NCBI GenBank assembly: GCA_963717935.1
Contig: CAVQXP010000004.1
Location: 288,001-352,000, forward strand
Origin: Candidatus Eiseniibacteriota bacterium
GTDB lineage: Bacteria > Eisenbacteria > RBG-16-71-46
Direction: 5' to 3'
DNA length: 64,000 nucleotides
Shown: positions 1 through 9,857 of the stretch, in pieces
Position numbering within the stretch: the stretch's first letter is position 1
How the letters are laid out: each line of letters opens with the position of its first letter
Translations under genes and position numbers: made by a program
Notes under the pieces: model-generated
Database searches by the model: none
What the model was told of the DNA's origin: nothing
Seen by the model: only the letters and a program-made list of their open reading frames with translations

Positions 1-2
1 GG

Positions 3-167
3 CGCCGGATCGGCGAGCGCCTGGTGCAGATCCTGCGCGAAGCGTTCGCGCGGGCGTGGGACGAGCGTCCGTGCGACATCACGGTGGACGTCCGCGAGAT
101 GCCGCGCGCGACCTACGCGAAGGCGATGAACGATCGTGCGCGGGCGACTTCCCCGCCGGGAGCCTGA
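3..167 (+). CDS. 3' end of a gene running in from the window edge; possibly tautomerase / 5-carboxymethyl-2-hydroxymuconate isomerase-like
   Basis: Open frame RRIGERLVQILREAFARAWDERPCDITVDVREMPRATYAKA...TGA at 165-167; the ITVDVREM segment resembles tautomerase-superfamily C-termini. Confidence 0.35.
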   Translation, partial: RRIGERLVQILREAFARAWDERPCDITVDVREMPRATYAKAMNDRARATSPPGA

Positions 168-197
168 CGCCCGCCGCCGCCGGAGCGGGCGCCCGCC

Positions 198-2468
198 CTA
201 CCGCCGGAACAGGTACGACACCTTGAAGAACGCGGTGCGCCCCGTGGCACGGTGGCGGCCGGCGACGCGATCGGCGCCGCCGTTGTAGCCGAGGTACAAC
301 ACCGAGCCGGGGTGGAGGACGTAGCCCAGCAGGCCATCGGCGTCGAGGTGCCTCGCCTCGGTGTCGTATTGCGGGTAGACCCGCGCGTAGAGCCGCCGTG
401 TGAACTGCCAGGTGGTCTTCGCGCCCAGCACCCACACGTCGTAGAGCACGCCGCGGCCGTGGTCGCGCGAGAAGCGGTTGCGGTTCGCTGCGAGTTCCGC
501 CGTGAGCCGCGGCGAGGGCCGCAGCGTGGCCCGGGCCGCGTATTGCTCGAGCCAGCCGAGGTACGAACCGGCGTCGTCCTCCCCGTACCGGATCCCGTCG
601 CCGACCTCGGCCTCGAACGCCACGGTGAAGGCGCGCCACAGCGAGTTCTGCACGCTCAGGGTGGCGCGGCTCCCGGTGTAGTCGTGGCCGTGCCAGCGCT
701 CCTGCCAGTGGTCGACCATGGTGAATGCCTGGGTCTGCTTCTGGAACTGCCAGTCGAGCATCGGGCCCCACCACCAGCCCTGGATCCGGCCCGCGGCGTC
801 GTGGTCCACGGAGGCCTCGAGCCTGGGCTGGATCGAACGCAACCACGCGTTCTGCGGACGGACGTAGAAGCTGGACTCGAAGCCGGTCTGGCGCAGATCC
901 ACGCGCTGCAGGAACCCGGTCTCGGCGCGGAAGCCGGGGCCGAGGTACTTCTGATAGAGCTCCAGTCCACGGACGCCGTCCGAGTACGTCAGCTCGGCGT
1001 GGTAGGCAGCGCCATTGCGTGTGGCGCGGCGCGAATCCTCGATGAGCAGGACGCCCGTCGTGTCCCACCGGCTCGCGTACGTGGTCGTGTCGAAACGCGA
1101 TCCGCTGTGCGCCACCTGCCCGCTGAAGAACCAGCCGCGCGACAGGCGCACCTTCGCGTCGGCGGCGAACACGGCGTTCGCGCCGCCGTCGGGCCGGGCC
1201 TCCTCGACGCCCTCGGCGGGCACGGTCGACAGGGAGACACGATCGCTCTGGTGCAGGGCGACCAGCGCGCCCACGCTCGAGTTCTCGCCGATCTCGCAGG
1301 AGGCGCGCCCGACCTGGAACCAGCCCTTCGTCGATGCGCCCTCCACCGGCCCGCCGCCGACGCCCTCGAGCGCCCCGCCGCCGTCGTCGCGAGCGACGAT
1401 GGCGGCGAGGCGCACGTGCCCGAGCCGGCCGGCGAGCTTCCCACCTGAGACCGGGTCGGCGATGCGGCGCGTGTAGACCAGGTCGATGGGCGTATCGAAG
1501 ATGTCCGCGCCTTCGAGGAAGAACGGGCGCTTCTCCTCGAAATAGAGCGGGAAACGCTGGTTCACGTCGATCTGCAGAGCGTCGGCCTCGATCTGGCTGA
1601 AGTCGGGGTTCACGGTCGCGTTGAGCGTGAGCGTGGAGGACAGCGGCACGCGCGCGTCGAGCCCGGCGTCGGTCCTGCGCTGGCGCTCCCAGTCCGTGGC
1701 CACGCCGTCGTCCTCGAACGAGCGCTGCGAGGACCACGCCGCCGCCGCGTAGGGCTGCAGGTCGAGCCGACCGCTACCCCGCAGGCCGCCGAGCCCCGTG
1801 AGATCGGCCGCCTGCAGCATGACGTCCCCGGCCACGCCCAGGCGGTAGAGCGGCCAGGAGCAGACCTCGTCGTTCTTCTGGATCTGGCGGCGGATCCACA
1901 GCCCCCACGCGCCCGGCCCGTTCTCGGGAAAGCGCAGGGTGCGCAGCGGGATCGCCAGCTCCGCGGTCCAGCCCGCGCTGTCCCGTGTGGCCTCGGCATC
2001 CCAGACGCCGTCCCACTGCGTGTCGAGCTCGTCTCCGATGAAGATGCCGTCGTACTGCACGCCGTACGGGTTCACGCCGAACGTGAAGGCCCGCCGCCGG
2101 TCGAGGTACGGGTCGAGCGCGATGCCGAGGTTGTCGAGGTCGAGGATCTGGTCGCGCGGAGCGAGGCTCGCGCGGAGCGCGCCGGGCCCGCGGTTCCAGC
2201 AGCGGCAGCCGAAGTAGAGGTGCGTCTCGTCGAAGAGCACGCGCACCTCCGTGGACTCGGATGGCGCCTCGCCCTCGCGGTTCTGGATGAGCCGGAAGCC
2301 CGTGATGGGCGTGGCGCGCGCCCAATCGGCCTCGTCGAGCACGCCGTCGACGCGGAGGGCGCCGGTCGCGCGCACCGCGGCCACCTGCGGGCGCTGGGTG
2401 GCACGGACCGGGGAGGCGCACGCGGCGGCCAGGCCGAGACCGAGCAAGATCGTGGAGACGCGCTGCAT
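198..2468 (-). CDS. Carbohydrate-binding family 9-like / DUF5916 outer-membrane protein
   Basis: Signal peptide from ATG 2468 (MQRVSTILLGLGLAAACA); VDGVLDEADW, WTAELAIP, LNATVNPDFSQIEAD and EKRPFFLEG motifs; C-terminal FFKVSYLF beta-strand. Confidence 0.8.
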   Translation of the reverse strand: MQRVSTILLGLGLAAACASPVRATQRPQVAAVRATGALRVDGVLDEADWARATPITGFRLIQNREGEAPSESTEVRVLFDETHLYFGCRCWNRGPGALRASLAPRDQILDLDNLGIALDPYLDRRRAFTFGVNPYGVQYDGIFIGDELDTQWDGVWDAEATRDSAGWTAELAIPLRTLRFPENGPGAWGLWIRRQIQKNDEVCSWPLYRLGVAGDVMLQAADLTGLGGLRGSGRLDLQPYAAAAWSSQRSFEDDGVATDWERQRRTDAGLDARVPLSSTLTLNATVNPDFSQIEADALQIDVNQRFPLYFEEKRPFFLEGADIFDTPIDLVYTRRIADPVSGGKLAGRLGHVRLAAIVARDDGGGALEGVGGGPVEGASTKGWFQVGRASCEIGENSSVGALVALHQSDRVSLSTVPAEGVEEARPDGGANAVFAADAKVRLSRGWFFSGQVAHSGSRFDTTTYASRWDTTGVLLIEDSRRATRNGAAYHAELTYSDGVRGLELYQKYLGPGFRAETGFLQRVDLRQTGFESSFYVRPQNAWLRSIQPRLEASVDHDAAGRIQGWWWGPMLDWQFQKQTQAFTMVDHWQERWHGHDYTGSRATLSVQNSLWRAFTVAFEAEVGDGIRYGEDDAGSYLGWLEQYAARATLRPSPRLTAELAANRNRFSRDHGRGVLYDVWVLGAKTTWQFTRRLYARVYPQYDTEARHLDADGLLGYVLHPGSVLYLGYNGGADRVAGRHRATGRTAFFKVSYLFRR

Positions 2469-2617
2469 GGAGCGCGCAGTCTCCACGACCTCCCTGCGGT
2501 TCGCAAGGGCCCGGCCCGGGCGGTCCCGGGCCGGCGCGGGGCGGTCCGTTTTCGGGTGAGGCGCGGCCGTCATCCTGCTAGCCTCCGAGGTGGAGAGTCG
2601 CTCCCGTGGAGGTCGTC

Positions 2618-3622
2618 ATGCGCTGGACCCTGCTGCTGTCACTCGTGCTGCCCGCCGTCTCGCCTGCCGCGCCGGACGCGCCGTCGCTCGCCGCGCCCCT
2701 CGCCCACACCTACTCCATCGTCGCCCGCGATCCGCGGACGGGCGAGCTGGGCGTGGCCGTGCAGTCGCACTACTTCTCCGTCGGCCCGGTCGTGCCCTGG
2801 GCCGAGGCCGGCGTCGGGGCGGTGGCCACGCAATCGCTCGTGCTCGTGGACTACGGCCCGAACGGCCTCGACCTCATGCGCTCGGGGATGACGGCACAGC
2901 AGGCGCTCGACTCGCTGCTCCGGGCGGACACGCACAACGAGGGCCGCCAGGTGGCGATGGTGGACGCGAAGGGCGGCGTGGCCGCGCACACCGGCCGGGC
3001 CTGCATCCCTGACGCCGGGCACCACAGCGGCGCGCAGTACTCCGTGCAGGCGAACCTCATGGCGAACGACCGCATCTGGTCCGCCATGGCGAAGGCGTAC
3101 GAGAGCGCGCCAGGCGACCTGGCCGAGCGGCTGCTCGCCGCGCTCGACGCCGCGCAGCAGGCGGGCGGCGACATCCGCGGACGGCAGTCGGCGGCGATCG
3201 TGGTGGTGAAGGCGCGATCGAGCGGCAAACCGTGGGCCGACCGGCTCTTCGACCTGCGGGTCGAGGACAGCCCGGAGCCGCTCCAGGAGCTGCGGCGGCT
3301 CGTGCGCCTGCGCCGCGCCTACAACCTCGAGGACGCAGGCGACAACGCCATCGCCGAGAAGCGGCCCGAGGAGGCGTTGCGCCACTACGAGGAGGCGATG
3401 AAGCTCGCGCCCGACGTGGTGGAGCTCCAGTTCTGGGCCGCGGTCTCGATGTACACGAACGGCCGCAGGCAGGAGGCGCTGCCGCTCTTCCGGAAGGTGT
3501 TCGCGAAGGAGGCGCGCTGGGTGCCGCTCGTGGAGCGCCTGCCGAAGGCGGATCTGTTCCCCGACGACCCGGAGCAGATCGCCGAGGTCCAGGCGCAGGC
3601 GACGAAGGGCGCGAAGTGGTGA
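2618..3622 (+). CDS. DUF1028 family Ntn-hydrolase-like protein with C-terminal TPR-like helices
   Basis: Signal peptide, then HTYSIVARDP...GELGVAVQS, GGDIRGRQSAA and DLRVED motifs; helical C-terminus. Confidence 0.85.
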   Translation: MRWTLLLSLVLPAVSPAAPDAPSLAAPLAHTYSIVARDPRTGELGVAVQSHYFSVGPVVPWAEAGVGAVATQSLVLVDYGPNGLDLMRSGMTAQQALDSLLRADTHNEGRQVAMVDAKGGVAAHTGRACIPDAGHHSGAQYSVQANLMANDRIWSAMAKAYESAPGDLAERLLAALDAAQQAGGDIRGRQSAAIVVVKARSSGKPWADRLFDLRVEDSPEPLQELRRLVRLRRAYNLEDAGDNAIAEKRPEEALRHYEEAMKLAPDVVELQFWAAVSMYTNGRRQEALPLFRKVFAKEARWVPLVERLPKADLFPDDPEQIAEVQAQATKGAKW

Positions 3623-5535
3623 GCAGCGTCCTGGATCACGGGCCGTCGCGCTTCGCCGAGCGCCGCCCGGGCGGCAGATCCGGCGGCACGTCCTCTCCCG
3701 CGACGCGCGTGCGCCTCTCGCAGGCTTGGCGTGACGCCCGCGACCTGCTGCGCCAGCACCGCGGCCGGCTGCTCGTCGGCTTCGCGCTGATGCTGGTGAA
3801 TCGCGCGGCCGGGTTCGTGCTGCCCGCCGCGCCCAAGTTCGTCATCGACGACGCCATCGGCAAGCACCGCCCCGAGCTCCTGGGCGTGATCGCGCTGGCG
3901 CTCGGCGTGGCGACCCTGATCCAGGCCGGCACCTCCTTCGTGCTCTCGCAGCTCCTCGGCGTGGCGGCGCAGCGCGCCATCACCGACATGCGCAAGAAGG
4001 TGATGGCCCACGTCACGCGCCTGCCGGTCCGCTACTTCGACTCCACCCAGACCGGCGTGCTGATCTCGCGCGTCATGACGGACGCCGAGGGCGTGCGGAA
4101 CCTGGTCGGCACGGGGCTCGTGCAGCTGGCGAGCAGCCTGGTCACCGCGGCGGTGGCCCTGGTCTGGCTCTTCGCCATCTCCTGGCAGCTCACGCTGCTC
4201 AACCTCGTGTTCCTCGCGGTCTTCGGCGCCGGCATGACCTTCGCCTTCGGCACGCTGCGGCCGCTCTTCCGCGAGCGCGGGAAGATCAACGCCGAGGTCA
4301 CCGGGCGGCTCGGCGAGACCCTCGGCGGCGTGCGCGTGGTCAAGGCCTACACCGCCGAGCGCCGCGAACAGCTCGTCTTCGCGCGCGGCGCGCACCGGCT
4401 CTTCCGCAACATCGCGCGCACCATGACCGGCGTCTCGGCGATCGGCGCGGTCGCGGGAGTGATCGCCGGCGGCATCGGCATCCTCATGATCCTGGTCGGC
4501 GCGCCCGCCATCCTGGAGGGCCGCATGACGCTCGGCACGTTCGGCACCTACGTGGCGCTCACCGGCATGATGGCCGCACCGCTCGTCCAGCTGGCTTCGA
4601 TCGGCACGCAGATCAGCGAGGCCTTCGCCGGGCTCGACCGCATCCGCGAGGTGCTGGGCACGCCGACCGAGCGCGACGGCGGGGGACGCGGCGCGATCGG
4701 CACGCTGCGCGGCGACCTCGCCTTCGAGCACGTCTCGTTCGCGTACACGCCGGGCGAGCCGGTGCTGAAGGACGTGAGCTTCACCGCGCCCGCGGGGACG
4801 ACGACCGCGCTGGTGGGCTCGAGCGGCTCGGGCAAGAGCACGCTCATCAGCCTGGTCATGGCGTTCAACCAGCCGCAGGCGGGTCGCATCCTGGTGGACG
4901 GGCGCGACCTCGCCGGCCTGTCGCTGGAGGGCTATCGCACGCAGCTGGGCGTGGTGCTGCAGGAGAACTTCCTCTTCGACGGCACCATCACCGAGAACAT
5001 CGCCTTTTCGCGCCCGAACGCCACGGCGGAGGAGATCCGCGTGGTGGCGCACATCGCGCACTGCGACGAGTTCGCCGACCGCTTCCCCCACGGCTTCGAC
5101 ACGGTCGTGGGCGAGCGCGGCATCCGGCTCTCGGGCGGGCAGCGCCAGCGCATCGCCATCGCGCGCGCCATCCTCGCCGACCCGCGCATCCTGATCCTCG
5201 ACGAGGCCACCTCGAGTCTCGACTCCGAGAGCGAGCAGATGATCCAGGACGGCCTGCGGCGCCTGCGGCACGGGCGCACCACGTTCGTCATCGCGCACCG
5301 GCTCTCGACCATCCGCAGCGCCGACCAGATCCTGGTGCTCGAGGGCGGCGAGATCGTCGAGCGTGGCACGCACGAGGAGCTGATGGCGAAGGACGGACGC
5401 TACCGGCAGCTCCACGACAAGCAGTACCAGCTCGAGTTCGACCGCTTCATCAACCCGGGCGAGGACTTCACCCCCGAGCCGCCGAAGCCCGAGCCCCCGG
5501 TGGCGGGCGGGCCGCCCGGGCCGGGAACGCTGTAA
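3619..5535 (+). CDS. ABC transporter, fused permease/ATP-binding (MsbA/MdlB-like exporter)
   Basis: Hydrophobic N-terminal half, Walker [18 protein letters not shown] signature, ILILDEATS; GTG start overlaps the upstream stop. Confidence 0.92.
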   Translation: MSSVLDHGPSRFAERRPGGRSGGTSSPATRVRLSQAWRDARDLLRQHRGRLLVGFALMLVNRAAGFVLPAAPKFVIDDAIGKHRPELLGVIALALGVATLIQAGTSFVLSQLLGVAAQRAITDMRKKVMAHVTRLPVRYFDSTQTGVLISRVMTDAEGVRNLVGTGLVQLASSLVTAAVALVWLFAISWQLTLLNLVFLAVFGAGMTFAFGTLRPLFRERGKINAEVTGRLGETLGGVRVVKAYTAERREQLVFARGAHRLFRNIARTMTGVSAIGAVAGVIAGGIGILMILVGAPAILEGRMTLGTFGTYVALTGMMAAPLVQLASIGTQISEAFAGLDRIREVLGTPTERDGGGRGAIGTLRGDLAFEHVSFAYTPGEPVLKDVSFTAPAGTTTALVGSSGSGKSTLISLVMAFNQPQAGRILVDGRDLAGLSLEGYRTQLGVVLQENFLFDGTITENIAFSRPNATAEEIRVVAHIAHCDEFADRFPHGFDTVVGERGIRLSGGQRQRIAIARAILADPRILILDEATSSLDSESEQMIQDGLRRLRHGRTTFVIAHRLSTIRSADQILVLEGGEIVERGTHEELMAKDGRYRQLHDKQYQLEFDRFINPGEDFTPEPPKPEPPVAGGPPGPGTL

Positions 5536-5695
5536 GAAGAGGAGGGGCACCGGGCTCATCGCTTCGTCAGGGACCTGCAAGCAGCGTGCGCCACACGCGT
5601 CTTTGGCGCATCTGCTCCTTTACGGCCGGAGCCGCCGGAGTGTCACGCGCACACCCCATGCCGCCCTCCCACCGCCCCAATGGAGACTCCCGGTC

Positions 5696-6694
5696 ATGAA
5701 ATCGCCACTGTTCGCGGCCCTCGCCCTCGCCGCCCTCACTCTCGCCCTGGCGGACGCGCCGAACGCCCGGGCGGAGCAACGCAAGGAGGCCCCCGTGCCC
5801 GCGTCCACGACGTCATCCCTGCCCGCGGTCGGCCGGGCCGCGCCGGACTTCACGCTCCCCTCGACCACGGGGAAGGACATCGCGCTCTCGCAGTTCCGGG
5901 GCAGGACGGTCGTGCTCTACTTCTATCCGAAGGACGAGACGCCCGGCTGCACGAAGGAGGCCTGCGATTTCCGCGATCGTTCCGCCGAGCTCGAGCAGGC
6001 GGGTGTCGTGGTGCTGGGCGTGTCGAACGACGGCCTCGGGTCGCACCAGCGCTTCAAGGAGAAGCGGAAGCTCCCCTTCCCGTTGCTCGCGGACGTGGAC
6101 GCGAAGGTGTCGAAGCTCTACGGCGTCTACGGGAGGCAGAGCGTCTACGGCATCCCGTACACGGGCATCCAGCGCACGACCTTCGTGATCGGCCGGGACG
6201 GGCGCATCGCGCGCGTCTGGCCGAAGGTGAGCGTGAACGGTCACGTCGAGGAGGTGCTGGAGTTCGTCAGCGCCGGCGAGCCCTTGCACGACGACCCGGC
6301 GAAGGTGGTGAAGAGCGAGGCCGAGTGGCGCAGCATCCTGACGCCCGAGCAGTACCGCGTGCTGCGAGGCGCCGACACGGAGCTCGCCTGCTCGGGGAAG
6401 TACTGGAACGAGCACCGGAGCGGCATCTACCGGTGCGCCGCGTGCGGTTACGACCTCTTCGATTCGAAGACCAAGTTCGACTCGGGCACCGGCTGGCCCA
6501 GCTTCTGGTCCCCGGTGTCCGCCTCGCGCCTCGAGATCGTGAAGGACACGAGCCTGGGCGTGGAACGCGAGGAGGTGCGTTGCGCCCGCTGCGGCTCGCA
6601 CCTCGGCCACGTCTTCGACGACGGCCCCAGGCCCACCGGGCAGCGCTACTGCATGAACTCCGTGGCGCTGAGCTTCGTGCCGGCAAAGAAGTAG
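5696..6694 (+). CDS. msrB: Secreted fusion of BCP/PrxQ peroxiredoxin and peptide-methionine (R)-S-oxide reductase MsrB
   Basis: Signal peptide MKSPLFAALALAALTLALA; YFYPKDETPGCTKEAC (BCP); CAAC, DSGTGWPSF, CARCGSHLGHVFDDGP and RYCMNS (MsrB). Confidence 0.9.
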   Translation: MKSPLFAALALAALTLALADAPNARAEQRKEAPVPASTTSSLPAVGRAAPDFTLPSTTGKDIALSQFRGRTVVLYFYPKDETPGCTKEACDFRDRSAELEQAGVVVLGVSNDGLGSHQRFKEKRKLPFPLLADVDAKVSKLYGVYGRQSVYGIPYTGIQRTTFVIGRDGRIARVWPKVSVNGHVEEVLEFVSAGEPLHDDPAKVVKSEAEWRSILTPEQYRVLRGADTELACSGKYWNEHRSGIYRCAACGYDLFDSKTKFDSGTGWPSFWSPVSASRLEIVKDTSLGVEREEVRCARCGSHLGHVFDDGPRPTGQRYCMNSVALSFVPAKK

Positions 6695-6806
6695 CGTCCC
6701 TCCGAGCGCCCAGGGCGTGCCCCGGGGGGCCCCGTGTCTGCGCCCCGCCACCTCCGCACAAGCACGCGTCGAGCATCGGCGCCCGGCCCTGTGCTAGCGT
6801 GGACTC

Positions 6807-8445
6807 ATGGATCCGAGCCCCGGCAGCCCGCCACCCCGCCGCTCGCTGCTGCCGCTCATCGTCGCGCTCGCGGCGTTCATGCTGAGCCTGCTGCTCGCCA
6901 CGGCCTTCCCCCTGGTCGACCCCGACGAGGGCCGCAACGCCGAGGTCGCGCGCGAGATGGCCGTGGATGGCGGATGGCTCGTGCCGCACCTCGCGGGCAT
7001 GCCCTACCTCGACAAGCCCCCCGGACTCTTCTGGGCCGCCGCCGTCGCGATCCGGGTGGTCGGCAACGAGCCCTGGGCCGTGCGCCTGCCGGCCGCGCTC
7101 GCCGCCGCGCTGACGCTCGCGCTCCTCACGCGATCCGCCCAGCGCCGCGGCGGCCGTCCCTTCGCCCTGCGCGCGGCCGCGCTCCTCTACGCCGCGCCGC
7201 TCTTCGCCGTGCTCTCGGCCTACGTCATCTTCGACATGCCGCTCACCCTCTGCGTGACGGCCGTCTGGCTCGGCCTCGCCGCCGAGGTCGACGGAGGGCC
7301 CGAGCGGAAGGCGCCGGCTCTGGATGTTCGCGGCCGTGACCGCGGGCGTGCTCCTCAAGGGACCGGTGATGCTCGCCTGGGTCCTGGGCGGCAGCCTCGG
7401 CGCCGCGCTCCTCTCCCGCTCGCGCGCGCCGCTCCGCTGGCTCGCGTGGTGGCCCGGCTGGCTCGTCGTCCTCGGCGTCGCGGGCGGCTGGTTCGCGCTC
7501 GCCAGCGCGCGTTTCCCCGAGTACCCGCGCTATGCCTTCCTCGAGGAGTCCCTCGAGCGCCTGACGAGCGGCTCGTTCCAGCGCGAGCAGCCATGGTGGT
7601 TCGTGCCCGTGGTGCTCGCGGCCGGCGCGCTGCCCTGGTCGCTCGCCACGCCCTGGTGGCGCCGGCGCACGCCGGGGGAAGAGAGCCTCCTCTCGGTCGA
7701 GAGCCGCGTCGGGCTCGGCTTCGTGCTCTTCGCCGCCGTGTTCTTCTCGCTCTCGCACTCGAAGCTCGTCACCTATCTGCTCCCCGCGCTGCCGATGCTG
7801 GCCTGGACCGCGGCCGAGGCCTGGTCCGACGCCGAGCGCGCGCGCCGCGCGGCCTGGGGACTGACCGCCGTCTTCCTGGCACTCGTCCTCGTGTTCGGCC
7901 TCGCCGGCTTCGGCCCGTGGCTGGCGCGCGCCGGGGCGCCCTTCGACTCGGCCGGCACCGCCGCGAAGATCATCGCCGCCTGCTTCGCCTACGTCGCGCT
8001 GCGCTCGGCGGCCGCGGCCCTCGGGCGGCCCGACCGCGCCTTCATCGGCATCCTCCTCTTCACCCCCGTGGTGCTCTTCGCCGCGGGCGAGCCGCTGCTG
8101 CGCTACGCCACCTCGCAGTCGGGCGAGCCGCTGGCGCGCGCCATCATCGCCACCGCGCCCGGCGGCTTCGTGCGCTACGAGGCCTGCTACAGTCCCGGCA
8201 CCGATTTCCGGCTGGGGCGGCGCTCGGCGCTGGTGAGTACCCTCGGCCACGAGACGACCAGCACCTACCAGGCCCGCTACCGCGCCACGCTCGTCGCCCG
8301 CGGCCAGTGGACGCCGCTCGCCGCGGCGCCGGACTCCGACCGCGTGGACGTCATCGTGCGCCCCGCGCGTGACGGCCCGGCACCCGCGGCCGAATACATG
8401 GAGTTCTTCCGCGACGGCCGCTTCGTCGCCTACGTCCGCCGGTAG
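6807..8445 (+). CDS. ArnT/PMT family (GT83/GT39-like) membrane glycosyltransferase with one +1 frameshift near 7292
   Basis: DPDEGRNAEVAREM, YLDKPPG, RLPAA and FDMPLT in ORF 6807; continues as LLKGPV...SKLVTYLLP in ORF 7324-8445. Confidence 0.85.
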
Positions 8446-8485
8446 CGCGCCGCAGCGAAGGGCCGGCCCCGGCAGGGCGGCGGAG

Positions 8486-8501
8486 CCGACCTTGAGGATC
8501 G
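8486..8501 (+). repeat. 16-bp direct repeat, left copy (CCGACCTTGAGGATCG)
   Basis: Identical to 9858-9873; flanking bases differ on both sides. Confidence 0.9.
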
Positions 8502-8532
8502 TTCGTGGATGTCCCGCTCGTAGATGTCCCTT

Positions 8533-8575
8533 GCCTGACGGGCTTCGCCCGCAGGTGATGCGGAGCGTCAGCCAG
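8533..8575 (+). other. Right half of a degenerate attC-like site (GCAGGTGATGCGGAGC-GTCAGCCAG)
   Basis: Resembles the L'/R' arm of attC; GTCAGCCAG (8567-8575) is the exact reverse complement of CTGGCTGAC (9075-9083) after tspO. Confidence 0.45.
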
Positions 8576-8591
8576 CAATGTGGAGGTGTGA

Positions 8592-9059
8592 GTGAGGAAG
8601 AGCTGGGCAGTGGGGCTGATAATCTGGATAGTTGTATCCATGGCCGCCGGCTGGGTCGGTTCCCGGTTCATGCCAGGGGAGTGGTACGCGTCCCTGGCAA
8701 AGCCCACCTGGAATCCACCGAACTCTGTGTTTGGCCCTGTCTGGTCGACACTTTACGTACTCATGGGCGTCGCGGCCTGGCTGGTCTGGAGCAAGGCGGG
8801 TTTCGCTGGTGCACCTGTGGCTCTCGGGTTGTTCCTCGTCCAGTTGGTTCTCAACTCGCTGTGGTCGTTTCTCTTTTTCGGAGCCCATCAGCCAGGGCTC
8901 GCATTCATCGAGGTAGTCGTGCTCTGGTTGGTGATCTTGGCAACGACGGTCGGTTTCTGGCGCGTTTCCGTTCCGGCAGGAATACTGCTGTTGCCATATC
9001 TGTGCTGGGTCGGATTCGCCAGTGTGCTCAATTTTCAGATTTGGCGGCTCAACTCGTGA
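8592..9059 (+). CDS. tspO: TspO/MBR family tryptophan-rich sensory protein
   Basis: WYASLAKPTWNPPNSVFGPVWSTLY, QLVLNSLWSFLFFG and LLLPYLCWVGFASVLN; GGAGG upstream of the GTG start. Confidence 0.93.
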   Translation: MRKSWAVGLIIWIVVSMAAGWVGSRFMPGEWYASLAKPTWNPPNSVFGPVWSTLYVLMGVAAWLVWSKAGFAGAPVALGLFLVQLVLNSLWSFLFFGAHQPGLAFIEVVVLWLVILATTVGFWRVSVPAGILLLPYLCWVGFASVLNFQIWRLNS

Positions 9060-9074
9060 GTGATGCGAGGCCAT

Positions 9075-9166
9075 CTGGCTGACAAGCCATTCAAGCTGCC
9101 AGGCGGCGCTGGCTGGCGCCACCGCCGCGTCAGAACCGCCTGCAGGTCAACGCCAAAGCGGTAGGC
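9075..9166 (+). other. Degenerate attC-like recombination site
   Basis: GGCTGAC-AAGCCA-TTCAAGCTG...GC-rich hairpin...CAGGTCAA-CGCCAAAGC-GGTAGGC follows the R''-L''-L'-R' layout, ~90 bp, starting ~15 bp after the tspO stop. Confidence 0.55.
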
Positions 9167-9239
9167 GGACTCCGCGGAAGCGGAGACGACTTGGCCGAGC
9201 CTCGCGTCTTGGCGGTCCGCGGCCGGGACACGAGGCAGG

Positions 9240-9671
9240 GTGATGGAAAGCGTCGGCGGAAGAGTGGTCCCCAGAGCATGTCGACGAGGCGTTGCTGCGG
9301 CCGTCGTCCTCGGAGTTGTTGCCATTCACGCCTTCAGGGTTGGCGCCCAGTTGAGGGGGACACCGTATCGGCTGTACTACGGCTACGCCTCGGACCTCCT
9401 TCTGCCGCTGGGGATGTACTTCGTCCTTTGCTTGAGCGAGCGAACCCCCGGCTTTCTGGCCGACTGGAAGGCCAAGGCGGCCGGCGTCCTCGCTGCGGCG
9501 TCTGCTGCCGAGGTGCTGCAGGGTCTCGGGGTGCCGATGCTCGGGCGCACCTTCGATCCGCTGGACTTCGTGATGTACGCCGTCGGGGTGACCGCAGCTG
9601 CGCTGTTGGACCGAGTCGTATTGCCCGCGCTGTGTGAGATCAGATCCGCAGGTTCTGGAGCGACGCGATAG
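9240..9671 (+). CDS. Small membrane protein (DUF2809-like)
   Basis: Several hydrophobic segments; AEVLQ...LGRTFDPLDFVMYAVG resembles DUF2809-type motifs. Confidence 0.6.
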   Translation: MMESVGGRVVPRACRRGVAAAVVLGVVAIHAFRVGAQLRGTPYRLYYGYASDLLLPLGMYFVLCLSERTPGFLADWKAKAAGVLAAASAAEVLQGLGVPMLGRTFDPLDFVMYAVGVTAAALLDRVVLPALCEIRSAGSGATR

Positions 9672-9857
9672 CGGACCAGATCCGGGCGGGAGCGGAAGGT
9701 CTGGAGCTGGCGTTCAGGTGCGTCTGGATCACACTCAACGTGAACTCGGACTGTACGGCTGTCGGTTTCACTGCGCCGGCAGCGCAGATGGCTGGTCGAG
9801 CCGGGTCCGCAGAAGCCACTGTGCGTCGACCTTGCTCTGGACCCCACCCAGCAGCCC

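Noticed and set aside
9672..9857. Expected attC-like site after the second islet ORF
   Set aside because: No site complementary to GGTAGGC and no clear L/R boxes were found, so the second cassette is incomplete or unsupported
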